A stretch of DNA of 64,000 nucleotides from Desulfobacterales bacterium (GCA_963668645.2 CAXXWC010000001.1:384001-448000), one strand, 5' to 3'; shown: positions 11,115 to 22,417, counted from the first letter of the stretch. Notes: generated by a model not told the origin, from the letters alone. Numbers and translations are program-made.

Positions 11115-11597
11115 CTACTTCAGCAACCGGGTCTCGGCCTGCCGCAGGGTCGGGGCCACCCACAGCTCGACGTACGTATAGATGCTCTCTTCGGTGATAT
11201 TGATCACGCACCATCGATTCTCCTTGTAAAACATCATCAAGGAGCGGGTCGAACGGAAAAATCCCACCAACTGCCAGTTGTCGGCCTGCATTTGGGTCTG
11301 GAAAAAAGAGATCAGGGAGTTGACCTCGACTCGACCCCGCAGGGTGATGACCCCGGCCGAAAAAGTCCCTGTCTGCATGAAAAAGGTCTCGTTCTTGATC
11401 TCCTTGAGCTCCCGCGGCAGACGGATATCCTGGAAATCGGAGGTCAGCGGGCCCGCGTCCGGCGCGATCTGGGTATCCATCGCCGGCTGGCTTTCCCCGC
11501 CGCTGAGACTCGAGCAGCCCGCGCAGACAACCACCAGCGCCAGCGCCGCTAGCAGTTTCCCGGTCATACGGACCGCACACTTCACCTTGGTCTTCAT
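11115..11597 (-). CDS. hypothetical lipoprotein
   Basis: Hydrophobic signal with CAGC lipobox; GGAGG RBS; co-oriented in the operon. Confidence 0.75.
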   Translation of the reverse strand: MKTKVKCAVRMTGKLLAALALVVVCAGCSSLSGGESQPAMDTQIAPDAGPLTSDFQDIRLPRELKEIKNETFFMQTGTFSAGVITLRGRVEVNSLISFFQTQMQADNWQLVGFFRSTRSLMMFYKENRWCVINITEESIYTYVELWVAPTLRQAETRLLK

Positions 11598-11658
11598 GGG
11601 GCCTCCTTTCTTTCAGGCATGGCCGGCTGATCCAGCAGTCGCCCGTCGTTTTCCGGCA

Positions 11659-12753
11659 TCACTCGCAGTGGTTGTAGACCTCGAATCCTTCTTGACTGAT
11701 CAGGGCATCGCGCCGGGCCGATCGAAGGTCGGCGGTCACCATCTCCTTGACCAGACTTTCGAAGCTGATCTGCGGCACCCAGCCGAGCTTTTCGCGGGCC
11801 TTGGCCGGATCTCCCAGCAGGGTGTCGACCTCGGTGGGCCGAAAATAGCGTGCATCGATTCGCACGATGGTCTTCGGCCCTTCCGGGGATTGCCAAATCC
11901 CGACCTCGTCGCGGCCGCTGCCGCGCCAAAGGATCTCCATCCCGAGGCTGGCCGCGGCGGTTGCGACAAACTCGCGCACCGTGTGCTGCTCGCCGGTGGC
12001 CACGATATAATCCTCCGGTTCGGGCTGCTGGAGCATCATGTGCATCATGCGCACGTAATCCCGTGCATGGCCCCAATCGCGCCGGGCGTCCAGATTGCCC
12101 AGGTAAAGGCAGTCCTGTAATCCGAGCAGAATCCGGGCCATGGCCCGGGTGATCTTGCGCGTGACGAAGGTCTCTCCGCGAATCGGGGATTCATGGTTGA
12201 ACAGAATCCCGTTGCAGGCGTAAATCCCGTACGCTTCGCGGTAATTCACCGTGACCCAGTAAGCGAAAAGCTTGGCGGCGCCGTAGGGCGAGCGCGGGTA
12301 AAAAGGCGTGCTTTCCCGTTGGGGTGTTTCCTGGACCTTGCCGAACATTTCGGAAGTCGATGCCTGGTAAAAGCGGGTGCGTTTTTCCAGCCCGAGGATG
12401 CGGATCGCCTCCAGCAGCCTCAGAGCCCCCAGGGCGTCCACATTGGCCGTGTATTCCGGAGCCTCGAAAGAGACTTTCACATGGCTCTGGGCACCGAGGT
12501 TGTAGATCTCGTCCGGCTGGGTCTCCTGAATGATGCGTATCAGGTTGGTCGCATCGGTCAAGTCGCCGTAGTGGAGAAAGAACCGCACGTTCTCCTCGTG
12601 AAAATCGCGGTAGAGGTGATCTACCCGGCCGGTGTTAAACGAGGAGGCTCGCCTTTTGATGCCGTGGACGATATAGCCTTCAGCAAGCAGATACTCGGCC
12701 AGATAGGCACCGTCCTGCCCGGTAATACCGGTGATCAATGCACTCTTCATCAA
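11659..12753 (-). CDS. gmd: GDP-mannose 4,6-dehydratase
   Basis: [45 protein letters not shown]. Confidence 0.97.
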   Translation of the reverse strand: MMKSALITGITGQDGAYLAEYLLAEGYIVHGIKRRASSFNTGRVDHLYRDFHEENVRFFLHYGDLTDATNLIRIIQETQPDEIYNLGAQSHVKVSFEAPEYTANVDALGALRLLEAIRILGLEKRTRFYQASTSEMFGKVQETPQRESTPFYPRSPYGAAKLFAYWVTVNYREAYGIYACNGILFNHESPIRGETFVTRKITRAMARILLGLQDCLYLGNLDARRDWGHARDYVRMMHMMLQQPEPEDYIVATGEQHTVREFVATAAASLGMEILWRGSGRDEVGIWQSPEGPKTIVRIDARYFRPTEVDTLLGDPAKAREKLGWVPQISFESLVKEMVTADLRSARRDALISQEGFEVYNHCE

Positions 12754-12781
12754 ATATTCCTTATCATCGTGAACGCCGGAG

Positions 12782-13114
12782 CTAAGACCTGTCAGGATGG
12801 CGCATGCGGGTCCCCTGTACCGTTGGATCGGTGGGATGCCGACGCTTGAGACGGTTGCGCAGTTTCACTAGACGGTCCAGCCGGCCCGCCCCCAGCGTCA
12901 GTTCGGCCCACTCGGTCAAGGGGGCGACCAGTTCGTAGGGATCTTTGGCAGCCAGCTCAGCCTCGACCTGGGCCAGGGCTTCAACAAGATCCTCCTGCTG
13001 CGGATTGCGGCGCAGCAAATAGCGATAAATTTCTGCAGACCGGGCCAGGCACCCCTGGTCGGCCATCATCCTGGCCATGGTCGCGGTGTAAAAAGTCCGG
13101 TCCGTTTCGACCAT
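12782..13114 (-). CDS. hypothetical protein with a TPR-like hairpin
   Basis: [14 protein letters not shown]...[10 protein letters not shown] pattern; start at MVETDR immediately after the ftsB stop. Confidence 0.65.
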   Translation of the reverse strand: MVETDRTFYTATMARMMADQGCLARSAEIYRYLLRRNPQQEDLVEALAQVEAELAAKDPYELVAPLTEWAELTLGAGRLDRLVKLRNRLKRRHPTDPTVQGTRMRHPDRS

Positions 13115-13116
13115 TT

Positions 13117-13422
13117 TCAGGAATCCTTTCCTCCGGCCGGTACATGCGGCAGGGTAATCACGATTTCGTTGGGGCCCACCATCAGCAGCTCCTCGCGGGC
13201 CACACGTTCGAGATAGGCCGGATCGCTTTTCAGCCGTTCGATGCGCCGCAATAGAGAAATGTTGGCCCTCTCCTGGCGCTCGTTTTTTGCCAGCTGCCGT
13301 TCGAGGGTACCTCGCTGGCGATAAAGGTCGATCAATCCCTGATTTCCGAAAACGATTACCAAGGCAAAGCCCAAAAGCCCGAGCAAGACGCAACACGTCA
13401 CTATTTTGGGAGCGACTCTCAC
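13117..13422 (-). CDS. ftsB: septum formation initiator, FtsB/DivIC family
   Basis: TM helix, FGNQGL, coiled coil, YLERVAREELLMVGPNE. Confidence 0.88.
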   Translation of the reverse strand: MRVAPKIVTCCVLLGLLGFALVIVFGNQGLIDLYRQRGTLERQLAKNERQERANISLLRRIERLKSDPAYLERVAREELLMVGPNEIVITLPHVPAGGKDS

Positions 13423-13683
13423 CGTCTAATCATCCCGGCCGGACCACTGCAAGATTCCCGGAGCATGCGCCGGTGCGCCATTGCCGTTTCAGGGCATGGA
13501 TAGCCAAAGTGGAAATAGCCGCCAAACGTTGACAGTCGCTGCCCGGCTGTATCTGAGGCGGCATCTCGGCTGTGACCATAACCAAATCGGTGCTGCCCGT
13601 CAATCGAACCATGACGGCCGGCATACCTTGGAAAGGACCGGGCTGTATTTGCCCGATTCGATCATAAAAAGACAAAAACAGCC

Positions 13684-13712
13684 TTGACAATGAAGGAATG
13701 ATCGAGTATTCA
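13684..13712 (+). promoter_or_regulatory. sigma70-type promoter of rpsT
   Basis: TTGACA-N17-TATTCA upstream of the AAGGAG RBS. Confidence 0.65.
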
Positions 13713-13764
13713 GCCGCTTTTACGTTAACAGTGACATTCGCAATCGGCGAAAGGAGTGTATATC

Positions 13765-14028
13765 GTGGCCAACCATAAGTCCGCCATCAAGAGAGCCCGC
13801 CAGAATGAAGATCGACGCCTGCGCAACAGGGTGGTTAAGACCCGCGTCAAAAACGTGACCAAAGCCGTCATCGGCGCCGCAGCGGAAAACACCGACGAAG
13901 CCCGCCAGCATTTGCAGACAGCCCAGTCGATCATCGCCAAGGCAGCCAAGAAAGGCGTAGTGCACCGGCGCGCCGCGGCGCGCAAGATTTCACGTTTGGC
14001 CCGCCGGGTGAACGCCCTCGCAAGCTGA
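13765..14028 (+). CDS. rpsT: 30S ribosomal protein S20
   Basis: ANHKSAIKRARQNE..R..N, KKGVVHRRAAARKISRL; GTG start after AAGGAG. Confidence 0.97.
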   Translation: MANHKSAIKRARQNEDRRLRNRVVKTRVKNVTKAVIGAAAENTDEARQHLQTAQSIIAKAAKKGVVHRRAAARKISRLARRVNALAS

Positions 14029-14056
14029 AACTCTACGCCTGCCCCCTCCCCTTCGG

Positions 14057-14112
14057 CCGGTTCACGATTTGCGCCTTTTTCTTTTTCAGGCCTGATCGTG
14101 AACCGGTTTTTT
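14057..14112 (+). terminator. hairpin plus T-tract between convergent rpsT and lptE
   Basis: CCGGTTCACGAT (14057-68) pairs with ATCGTGAACCGG (14095-106), then TTTTTT; the loop is unusually long. Confidence 0.6.
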
Positions 14113-14116
14113 GCGG

Positions 14117-14656
14117 CTAGAAATCGTCAGCTATCGACGCGATGACCTTCTCGGCCAAACGATGGGCCGCTTTTTCCAAGGCCCGGCGCCGATTTTGATC
14201 CGTGGTCAAGCGGTCGCTCGCCACCGAATAAGTTTCGGTGGCATAGACCGACCGGCGCGCCCACAGGGTTTTGTTTGTTTCCACCGCGCGCAACTCGAGC
14301 ATAGTGGTGATCCGCACCCGGCGTTCCACCGCCGTAGCGGTGGTTTGGCGGGCGATGGTCTGGTTGGCCGATTCGACGATCTCTCCGGAAAGAACGGCAT
14401 CCGCCGCCTCCGCGCCTCCGGCCACTTCGTGTCCGCCGCGGACAATTTCGTAACGCAGGGCGCCGGTCACGATCCCCTCGAGTCCGCTTTCGCTGGTCCT
14501 GTTGTTGAGCATCGGCACGAAAACCCGCCGCACTCCCCCCGGCAAGGGACCGCTTCCGGAAAAGCGATACCCGCACGAAGCCAGCAGAACCGCCATGGCC
14601 ATCCAGGCGGCCAAAATCGCGGCCGCTGCGGTGCGCTTGCGCCGTCGCTGGATCAT
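14117..14656 (-). CDS. lptE: LPS assembly lipoprotein LptE
   Basis: Lipobox LASCGYRF, VFVPMLNNRT..GLE; directly downstream of leuS. Confidence 0.85.
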   Translation of the reverse strand: MIQRRRKRTAAAAILAAWMAMAVLLASCGYRFSGSGPLPGGVRRVFVPMLNNRTSESGLEGIVTGALRYEIVRGGHEVAGGAEAADAVLSGEIVESANQTIARQTTATAVERRVRITTMLELRAVETNKTLWARRSVYATETYSVASDRLTTDQNRRRALEKAAHRLAEKVIASIADDF

Positions 14657-14702
14657 AGGCCTGAAATCTCCTTTATCGATCCTTTTACCGGACCGCTCCT
14701 TT

Positions 14703-17297
14703 TCACACCACGATATTCACCAGTTTGTCCGGAACCACAATCAGCTTGCGGATGGGCCGCCCGTCGATAAAGCGGGCGACCTTTTCGTCGGCTAGGGCCA
14801 GACGCTGCAAGGTCGGATTGTCGCTGCCGGCCGCCGCGGTGAAGCGGCCTCGCAGTTTCCCATTGACCTGGACTACCACCGTCACGTTTTCCACGGTCAG
14901 GGCGTCTTTGCGCCATACGGGCCAGGGGGTTTCGACAACACTTTGCCGGCCGCCCAGGACCTGCCAGATCTCCTCGGCAAAATGCGGCACCATCGGCGCC
15001 AGAAGCAGGACCATGGCCTCGGTGGCCCCCCGCAACACGCTCAATGCGGTTTGATCCAGCGCCGAGCCAAGCTCCAGGGCCGACATCTGATTGACCAGCT
15101 CCATCACGGCGCTGATGGCCGTGTTGAAATGGAAGCGGTTTTCGATGTCGTGGGTCACCCGCTGGATCGTCTGGTGCGTCTTTTGGTAAAGTCCGCGCCA
15201 AGGCTCTGGCAGATCGGCCAGGGCCCCGGCATAAGCGCTCACCTCTGCCAAACGCGGCTCCAGTTCGAATACCAGCCGCCAGACCCGGTTGAGGAAGCGG
15301 GAACTCCCCTCGACCCCCTGGGCGCTCCACTCCAGATCACGCTCGGGGGGGGCGGCAAAAAGGCAAAAAAGGCGCGTGGTATCGGCACCGTAGCGGTCGA
15401 GCAGGGCGTTGGGGTCGATCACGTTTTTCTTGGACTTGGACATCTTCTCGACCCGTCCCACGACCACCTCCTGGCCGCAGTGGCAACAGACGGTCCGGGC
15501 CTCGTTCTCCACCAGTTCTTCGGGCAGCAAAAAGCCGTGCTGCGGGCAGCGATAGGTCTCTTTGCAGACCATACCCTGGGTGAGCAACCGGGTGAAGGGC
15601 TCCTTGTAGTCGACCAGTCCGAATTCGGCCAGCACCCGGGTAAAATAGCGCGAGTAAAGCAGATGCAAAATGGCGTGTTCCACCCCGCCGATATACTGGT
15701 CCACCGGCATCCAGTAAGCCACCGCGGCCGGATCGAACATTCCCCGGTCGTGGCGCGGGCTGCAATAACGTTCGAAATACCACGAAGACTCCACGAAGGT
15801 GTCCATAGTGTCGGTGTCGCGCCGCGCCTCGCGAGAGCCGCAAGCCGGACAGCGCGTCCGGGCGAATTGGGGCAGCCCGGGCAGGGGGCTGCGGCCGCCT
15901 TCCAGCAGATCGGCGTCCTCGGGCAGCACCACGGGCAGTTGATCCTCGGGGACCGGCACCAGCCCGCAGTCCGGGCAGTGAACCATGGGGATCGGGGCGC
16001 CCCAGTAACGCTGGCGCGAAATCCCCCAATCGCGCAGGCGGAAGCTGACCTTGGGCGCCGCCATGCTGCGGGCCGCCAAGTCGCTGACGATGGCCTCGAT
16101 GGCGGCCTTGTTTTCCATGCCGTTAAAAGCACCGCTGTTGACCATAAGGCCCGGGCCGGCATAAGCCTCGGTCATCGTCTCTGGATCGAGGGATGTTCCT
16201 TCGGGTTGGACCACCACCACCACAGGCAGGTCATATTTGCGGGCGAAATCAAAGTCCCGCTGGTCATGGGCCGGCACCGACATCACGGCCCCGGTCCCGT
16301 ATTCCATCAGAGCGAAATTGGCGGTGTAGATCGGCATGCGCCGGCCGTTGGCCGGATTGATGCAGTAGCGGCCGAGAAACACGCCTTCCTTTTCGTAGGT
16401 CTCGAGAGCCTTGGCGCTGCGCTCCTGCAAGGCCACGCGTTCGATGAAGGCCGCCACGGTCCCGGCCTGGGGTGTACCGGCGGCCAGGGATTCCACCATG
16501 GGGTGTTCGGGCGCCAGGCACATGAAAGTCGCCCCATAGACGGTATCCGGCCGGGTGGTAAAGACCGTAATCGGCGACTGTCCCTGTTCCACCTCGAACC
16601 GAATCTCGGCCCCCTCGCTGCGCCCGATCCAGTTCTTCTGCATCGTGAGCACCTTTTCGGGCCATCCGGGAAGCCGATCGCAGTAATCCAACAAATCATC
16701 GGCCGTATCGGTGATGCGCAAAAACCACTGGGCCAGTTTTTTCTGGCGCACCGGCTGGCCGCAGCGCCAGCAGGCCCCGGCCTCGACCTGTTCGTTGGCC
16801 AGTACCGTGGTGCACGTCTCGCACCAGTTGACGTACGATTCCTTGCGATAGGCCATCCCTTTTTCGTACATCTTGAGAAACATCCACTGCTCCCAGCGGT
16901 AGTATTCCGGCCGGCAGGTGGCGATTTCCCGATCCCAGTCGTAGGAAAAACCGAGCCTCTGCAACTGGGCCCGCATGGTGTCGATGTTCTGATAGGTCCA
17001 TCGCGCCGGGTGGGTCCGGTTGGCGATGGCGGCATTTTCAGCCGGCATGCCGAAGGCGTCCCAGCCCATGGGATGCAGCACGTTGAAGCCGCACATGCGC
17101 TTGTAGCGGGCCACCACGTCGCCGATGGTGTAGTTGCGCACGTGCCCCATGTGAATCTTGCCCGAAGGATAGGGAAACATCTCCATCAGGTAGTACTTCG
17201 GCCGCGAGGGGTCCACCTCGACCTTGAAGATATCCTGGTCCTGCCAGGCCCGCTGCCATTTTTTCTCTATCTGCTCCGGTTCGTAACGTTCTTCCAT
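14703..17297 (-). CDS. leuS: leucine--tRNA ligase
   Basis: [13 protein letters not shown] (HIGH), [25 protein letters not shown]. Confidence 0.99.
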   Translation of the reverse strand: MEERYEPEQIEKKWQRAWQDQDIFKVEVDPSRPKYYLMEMFPYPSGKIHMGHVRNYTIGDVVARYKRMCGFNVLHPMGWDAFGMPAENAAIANRTHPARWTYQNIDTMRAQLQRLGFSYDWDREIATCRPEYYRWEQWMFLKMYEKGMAYRKESYVNWCETCTTVLANEQVEAGACWRCGQPVRQKKLAQWFLRITDTADDLLDYCDRLPGWPEKVLTMQKNWIGRSEGAEIRFEVEQGQSPITVFTTRPDTVYGATFMCLAPEHPMVESLAAGTPQAGTVAAFIERVALQERSAKALETYEKEGVFLGRYCINPANGRRMPIYTANFALMEYGTGAVMSVPAHDQRDFDFARKYDLPVVVVVQPEGTSLDPETMTEAYAGPGLMVNSGAFNGMENKAAIEAIVSDLAARSMAAPKVSFRLRDWGISRQRYWGAPIPMVHCPDCGLVPVPEDQLPVVLPEDADLLEGGRSPLPGLPQFARTRCPACGSREARRDTDTMDTFVESSWYFERYCSPRHDRGMFDPAAVAYWMPVDQYIGGVEHAILHLLYSRYFTRVLAEFGLVDYKEPFTRLLTQGMVCKETYRCPQHGFLLPEELVENEARTVCCHCGQEVVVGRVEKMSKSKKNVIDPNALLDRYGADTTRLFCLFAAPPERDLEWSAQGVEGSSRFLNRVWRLVFELEPRLAEVSAYAGALADLPEPWRGLYQKTHQTIQRVTHDIENRFHFNTAISAVMELVNQMSALELGSALDQTALSVLRGATEAMVLLLAPMVPHFAEEIWQVLGGRQSVVETPWPVWRKDALTVENVTVVVQVNGKLRGRFTAAAGSDNPTLQRLALADEKVARFIDGRPIRKLIVVPDKLVNIVV

Positions 17298-17546
17298 CTC
17301 AAATCCACCTCATCCGGCCTGTTCACTCATCGTCATGCGGATCCGGCCGCGGCCGGCCGATATACGTTGTCACTGCTGAAATTGTTGCCATCCGATGCAT
17401 TGCACCGGTCGGCCCCCCTCATGACACAAGAGCCGTTAAATGGCAAGGGTCCGCAGCCGGTGCGCCGGGTGCGGCAGCATCGCCGGGCCCCGCCCATCGC
17501 TGTGTAAAACGGGCTGCGGCGCATTTGCCGCGGCGGAACAAAGGGT

Positions 17547-17575
17547 TTGACTTGCGGCCGACAATCCCCTATTGG
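17547..17575 (+). promoter_or_regulatory. putative sigma70 promoter of the Rne/Rng gene
   Basis: TTGACT-N17-TATTGG. Confidence 0.45.
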
Positions 17576-17667
17576 TGCGTCACGACAACATGTTCTTGTC
17601 TTAACCTGCCGCCAGAGCCGGATCGGCCCAGGCGACCGGGCCGCATCAACATATCAAGGGAACCACC

Positions 17668-19146
17668 ATGAGCAGCAAGATTCTCATCAACGCCGTCGAA
17701 TCCGAAGAATGCCGCATCGCCAAGGTCACCGACAGCAAGCTGGAAGAGTTTCACATCGAAAGCGCCGCGCGTGAGATTACCCACGGCAATATTTACAAGG
17801 GCGTGATCACCCGTATCGAGCCGAGCTTGCAGGCGGTTTTCGTCGATTATGGCGCCGAACGCCATGGTTTTCTGCAAAAACAGGAAATCCATCCCGACTA
17901 TTTTCAGGAACACCGCGAAGGCGACACGGCGATCCATCATTTGGTCAAAAAAGGCCAGGAGATCATGGTTCAGGTCGAAAAAGACCCCATCAACAAAAAA
18001 GGGGCCATGCTGACCACCTTCATCTCCCTGCCCGGCCGCTTCGTGGTCCTGATGCCCGGCAGCGAAACCCGCGGCATTTCGCGCAAGATCGAGTCGGAAG
18101 AAGAGCGCGCACGCCTCAAGGAGATCGTTTCAGGCCTCAAGATACCGGAAAACTTCGGTGTGATCGTCCGAACGGCGGGCGACGGCTGCACCAAGACGCT
18201 GATCAACAAGGACCTGAATTACCTGCTGCGCCTCTGGAAAACGATCCACGACGCCGTAATGCAAGTGCCCACTCCGGCTCCGCTATACAAAGAACGCAAT
18301 CTGGTGCTGCGCTCGCTGCGCGACTATTTTACCCCGGACGTGGACGAGGTGCTCATCGACGATCCGGCCGTCTACCAGGAAGCGCGCAATTTCATGAAGG
18401 TCATCTCGCCCAAACAGACCCAGATCGTCAAGCTTCACAAGGGCGCCAAACCGATCTTCACCCGCTTCCAGCTCGAAGAGCAGATCGCCTCGGTGTTCGA
18501 AAGCCGCGTGGCCCTTAAATCCGGCGGATCGATCGTCATCGATCAGACCGAGGCGTTGGTGGCCATCGATGTCAACTCCGGCAAGGCCACCCAACAGCGT
18601 TCCATCGAGGAGACCGCCCTGAAGACCAACCTCGAAGCGGCCGAGGAAATCGCCCGTCAGTTGCGCCTGCGGGATCTGGGAGGGCTGATCGTGCTCGATT
18701 TCATCGACATGCGCGAGGTCAAAAACCGCAGCGCCGTCGAACGCGCCCTCAAGGAGAATCTCAAGTCGGATAAGGCGCGCACCCGCATCGGGCGCATCTC
18801 CAAGTTCGGCCTGATGGAGATGAGCCGCCAGCGCATCCGGCCTTCGATCGTCTTCGGGGGCTACACCACCTGCCCGCGCTGCGGCGGCCGGGGGTTGACG
18901 CCGACGGTGGAAACCATGGCGGTCGCGTTTCTACGGCGCTTGAGTCTCCAGACCCTCAAGCCTGAAACCACCGGTGCCCGCTGCCAAGTCCCGATGGCCG
19001 TGGCCAGTTACCTGCTTAACCGCAAACGCCGGGAACTGATGGACCTGGAGCAGCACCGGGAGATCTCCATCACCATCGAAGCGGTGATCGACATGGAGCC
19101 GGGAGCCAGTCAGATCCAAATCGAAGCACGCCCGCCGAGTGCCTAA
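17668..19146 (+). CDS. Rne/Rng family ribonuclease (catalytic domain only)
   Basis: GNIYKG..RIEPSLQAVFVDYGAERHGFL, AIDVNSG, LRLRDLGGLIVLDFIDM, CPRCGG. Confidence 0.95.
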   Translation: MSSKILINAVESEECRIAKVTDSKLEEFHIESAAREITHGNIYKGVITRIEPSLQAVFVDYGAERHGFLQKQEIHPDYFQEHREGDTAIHHLVKKGQEIMVQVEKDPINKKGAMLTTFISLPGRFVVLMPGSETRGISRKIESEEERARLKEIVSGLKIPENFGVIVRTAGDGCTKTLINKDLNYLLRLWKTIHDAVMQVPTPAPLYKERNLVLRSLRDYFTPDVDEVLIDDPAVYQEARNFMKVISPKQTQIVKLHKGAKPIFTRFQLEEQIASVFESRVALKSGGSIVIDQTEALVAIDVNSGKATQQRSIEETALKTNLEAAEEIARQLRLRDLGGLIVLDFIDMREVKNRSAVERALKENLKSDKARTRIGRISKFGLMEMSRQRIRPSIVFGGYTTCPRCGGRGLTPTVETMAVAFLRRLSLQTLKPETTGARCQVPMAVASYLLNRKRRELMDLEQHREISITIEAVIDMEPGASQIQIEARPPSA

Positions 19147-19265
19147 GGCAGTTTGACAAGGCCCAGGGATTCGGCTATCAGGAGGGGCGGTCCGGGGTCT
19201 GCGGGTGATCCACGGGGGTGGCCGCAGGCGTGTCCAGGCGACATCAGCACGAAAACGACAAATCT

Positions 19266-20069
19266 ATGCACGAGCAATCACCCCCCCGCAAGCGGCGCTA
19301 TCTTTTTCCGGGGGCCGTGGCATTATTGACACTGCTGCTGGCGGCGGCATGGTTGGCGTACCGGCAGGCACCCGCACCTTCGACAGCGCCGCGTTCGACC
19401 GAGGCGTCTTCTACCGAGACGCCCTCCGCGGCGCCTTTCAAAGTACGCCTGCCGGTCAAGACCGAGCCGCAAATCCACTACGATGAGCTGAACCAGGATC
19501 CCGCCGTCCAAGAACTCATGGACCGGCGCGGGCGGCAATACGGCCTGAAGGAAGGACTCGACCTGATCGTTGGGCGGGATGAAAGCGTTCGCATCGGTGA
19601 TCAGACCTTTTCAATGGCGGAGATTGAACGGCTCATTGCGCTGCGCGAAGGGCGCATCGTCGAAAACGCCATAGGTGAGAACGGTGCGGCGCCGTCCACG
19701 GCAACCAACGGACTTTACGGCATCCATGTGGTCAGGCCGGGAGAGAACATCTGGAACATCCACTTCAAGCTGCTCCAGGGATATTTCAGGCAAAAGGGGA
19801 TCTTGCTTTCCAGGTGGGCGGACGAACCGCAGTCCAACGGATCGAGCAGCGGCGTCGGCCGGTTGCTGAAGTTCTCCGAGCATATGGTCTATGTTTACAA
19901 CCTTAACGAGCGCCGGTTGGATCAGGAAATCACCCTGATTCAACCCCTGAGCAAAATCGTCATCTACAACATGGACCGGGTTCTGGCCTTGCTCGAAGGG
20001 ATCGACTACCGGCGGATCGACCAGATCCGCTTTGACGGCGAAACCCTCTGGTTGCCGGCCGCCCAGTGA
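19266..20069 (+). CDS. membrane-anchored hypothetical protein with a LysM-like motif
   Basis: N-terminal TM helix, Ser/Thr/Pro linker, HVVRPGENIWNI; TTGACA-N17-TATCAG promoter at 19153-19181; start uncertain (19218 GTG or 19266 ATG). Confidence 0.65.
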   Translation: MHEQSPPRKRRYLFPGAVALLTLLLAAAWLAYRQAPAPSTAPRSTEASSTETPSAAPFKVRLPVKTEPQIHYDELNQDPAVQELMDRRGRQYGLKEGLDLIVGRDESVRIGDQTFSMAEIERLIALREGRIVENAIGENGAAPSTATNGLYGIHVVRPGENIWNIHFKLLQGYFRQKGILLSRWADEPQSNGSSSGVGRLLKFSEHMVYVYNLNERRLDQEITLIQPLSKIVIYNMDRVLALLEGIDYRRIDQIRFDGETLWLPAAQ

Positions 20070-20098
20070 CCGAACGGTCCGCGATCGGCAAGAATCAT

Positions 20099-20127
20099 TT
20101 GACCCGCCAGGTGTTTTTCAGTATACC
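20099..20127 (+). promoter_or_regulatory. putative sigma70 promoter of yajC-secDF
   Basis: TTGACC-N17-TATACC. Confidence 0.5.
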
Positions 20128-20229
20128 AGCGCGGACTTTTAATCGAAGATCCGGTTCAGAGGCGGACATTCAGCCAGGGGCGTTTGTGGCGTCATTTGAC
20201 CGAATCATCCGCAACAGGAGGTAATAATC

Positions 20230-20637
20230 TTGATTGACATCGCCTATGCCATGGGTCAGGGAGGGGGCGCCGCTGCGGGCGGCGCTGGTGGATTCTCCTC
20301 GTTCATCCCGCTGATCTTGATGTTCGTGATTTTCTACTTTCTGCTGATTCGCCCTCAGCAAAAGAAGCAAAAAGAACATCGGGACATGATTGCCAGTCTC
20401 AAAAAGGGAGATCGCATCGTCACCAGCGGCGGGTTGCACGGCCGCGTCACCGGATTGGACGAGAGCACCTTGACCGTAGAAATCGCCGAAAAAGTCCGTG
20501 TCAAGGTCAACCGCGGGAATGTCGCCGCCGTGATGCGGGCCAACGCTGCCCCGGCGCCGGCCAAAAAAGACCCGCCACCGGCCAAGAAGGACAAAGAGGG
20601 AAACGACGAAAAAAAAGAGGATTCGGACACCAAGTAG
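20230..20637 (+). CDS. yajC: preprotein translocase subunit YajC
   Basis: IFYFLLIRPQQKK, LKKGDRIVTSGGLHG; AGGAGG RBS; Lys/Asp-rich tail. Confidence 0.96.
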   Translation: MIDIAYAMGQGGGAAAGGAGGFSSFIPLILMFVIFYFLLIRPQQKKQKEHRDMIASLKKGDRIVTSGGLHGRVTGLDESTLTVEIAEKVRVKVNRGNVAAVMRANAAPAPAKKDPPPAKKDKEGNDEKKEDSDTK

Positions 20638-20839
20638 CAATCGTTTCTTCATTTTTTGCCAGAACATCGGCCCTCGGCCGCACCCCTGTTGCACCGGGGC
20701 CCGGTTGTAAGTGTGCCCGCATCCCCGACCTGCCGCACCCAAAGCACCATCCGGGCCTTTTGGCGTCCGGCAGCGGCAGTTCGCTGGACCGCGGGCACGG
20801 CTGTTTGACTTAATCCGTGATGATGAAAGGACAAGTGGC

Positions 20840-22417
20840 TTGAAGCGCATATCCTGGCGTCTGATTCTGATCGTGGCGGTCATTGTGACGGCCCTGATCT
20901 ACATGCTGCCGACCCTCCGTCCGGGCACTTGGCCCCACAAACGGATCAACCTGGGTCTCGATCTGCAAGGCGGGATGCATCTTTTGTTCAAGGTCGATCG
21001 CGAAAAGGCCGTCGAATCCGCAGTCAATCGCACCGCTGAAGATCTGCGGGTCGAATTGCGCCGCCAGCGGGCTCAGTACCAACAATTGGAGGTTCGCGAC
21101 GGCCGCCTGATCGTGGTACAGCTCGACGGGGAAAAAAACATCGACGCCTTTCAGCAAGTGCTCGACAAGGATTTTATCGGTCTGCGCATCGTGGAGGACC
21201 GTACCGCCAACGGCGTCCGGACGATTTCCCTGAGCCTGCCTGACAAGGAGATCACGCACATCTATCAGCTTGCCGTGGCTCAGGCCCTGGAAACGATCCG
21301 CAACCGCATCGATCAGTTCGGGGTCAGCGAACCGGATATCCGCCGCCAAGGTGAAGACCAAATCCTGCTCCAGTTGCCGGGTGTCAAGGACCAGAAACGG
21401 GCCAAAGAACTCATCGGCCGTACGGCCCTGCTGGAGTTTCGGATGGTGGACGACGCCCACAACCTGGATGCGGCTTTGCGCGGGGATGTGCCGGCCGGCA
21501 GCGAGATCCTTTACGAAATCAATCGCGACCCGAATACCAACCGCAGCGTCAAAACGCCCTACCTGATCAAAAAGCGGGCTATGCTGACCGGGGAATATCT
21601 CACCGATGCCAGGGTCCAGATCGACTCGCGCTACAATGATCCGTATGTGTCCATCGACTTCGATCCCAAAGGGGCCCAAATCTTCGAGCGCGTCACCGGT
21701 GAAAATGTCAAAAAACGCATGGCCATCGTTCTGGACGGCAATGTTTACAGCGCCCCGGTAATCCAGGAACGCATCTCGGGGGGCAAGGCCCGCATCACCG
21801 GCAGTTTCACCACCGAGGATGCCCGCGACCTGGCCATCGTGCTGCGTTCAGGGGCTTTGCCAGCCCCGCTGATCTTGGAAGAAGAGCGCAGCGTCGGCCC
21901 GTCCCTGGGCGCCGAATCGATCCGCAGCGGCATGATCTCGATGATCGTCGGCGGGCTGCTGGTTGTGGCCTTCATGCCGCTTTACTACCGCGCAGCCGGC
22001 CTGATCGCCGATGCGGCCCTGCTGGTGAACATCCTGCTCATCGCCGGCGGTCTGGCGGCTTTTCAAGCCACTCTGACCATGCCGGGTATCGCCGGGATTA
22101 TTCTCACCATCGGCATGGCGGTTGATGCCAACGTACTGATTTTTGAAAGGATCAGAGAGGAAGTGGGGCTTGGCAAGCCGCCCCGGGCTGCCGTGGACGC
22201 CGGATTCGACAGGGCCACCCTGACCATCCTGGACGCCAATGTTACCACCCTGATCGCCGCCCTGGTGCTTTTCCAATTCGGCACCGGACCGGTCAAAGGC
22301 TTCGCCGTCACGCTGAGTCTGGGGGTTGTGGCCAGTCTCTTCACGGCCCTGATCCTCTCGCGGGCTATCTTCAATCAGATCATGGCCGGCCGCAAGGTCG
22401 TCCGTTTGAGCATTTGA
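20840..22417 (+). CDS. secD: protein translocase subunit SecD
   Basis: LGLDLQGG, NRIDQFGVSEP, LRSGALPAP, GMAVDANVLIFERIREE; start taken at TTG 20840. Confidence 0.96.
   Translation: MKRISWRLILIVAVIVTALIYMLPTLRPGTWPHKRINLGLDLQGGMHLLFKVDREKAVESAVNRTAEDLRVELRRQRAQYQQLEVRDGRLIVVQLDGEKNIDAFQQVLDKDFIGLRIVEDRTANGVRTISLSLPDKEITHIYQLAVAQALETIRNRIDQFGVSEPDIRRQGEDQILLQLPGVKDQKRAKELIGRTALLEFRMVDDAHNLDAALRGDVPAGSEILYEINRDPNTNRSVKTPYLIKKRAMLTGEYLTDARVQIDSRYNDPYVSIDFDPKGAQIFERVTGENVKKRMAIVLDGNVYSAPVIQERISGGKARITGSFTTEDARDLAIVLRSGALPAPLILEEERSVGPSLGAESIRSGMISMIVGGLLVVAFMPLYYRAAGLIADAALLVNILLIAGGLAAFQATLTMPGIAGIILTIGMAVDANVLIFERIREEVGLGKPPRAAVDAGFDRATLTILDANVTTLIAALVLFQFGTGPVKGFAVTLSLGVVASLFTALILSRAIFNQIMAGRKVVRLSI

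Noticed and set aside
13430..13690. 86-aa ORF between ftsB and rpsT
   Set aside because: Overlaps the rpsT -35 box, has no motif, and is likely divergent promoter DNA
14943..17507. 854-aa plus-strand ORF (also 2875-4836, 43376-44992, 32521-33756, 50115-51395)
   Set aside because: Antisense shadows of clear genes (leuS, argD/B, rlmD, ilvB, amidohydrolase), expected in GC-rich DNA; no motifs of their own
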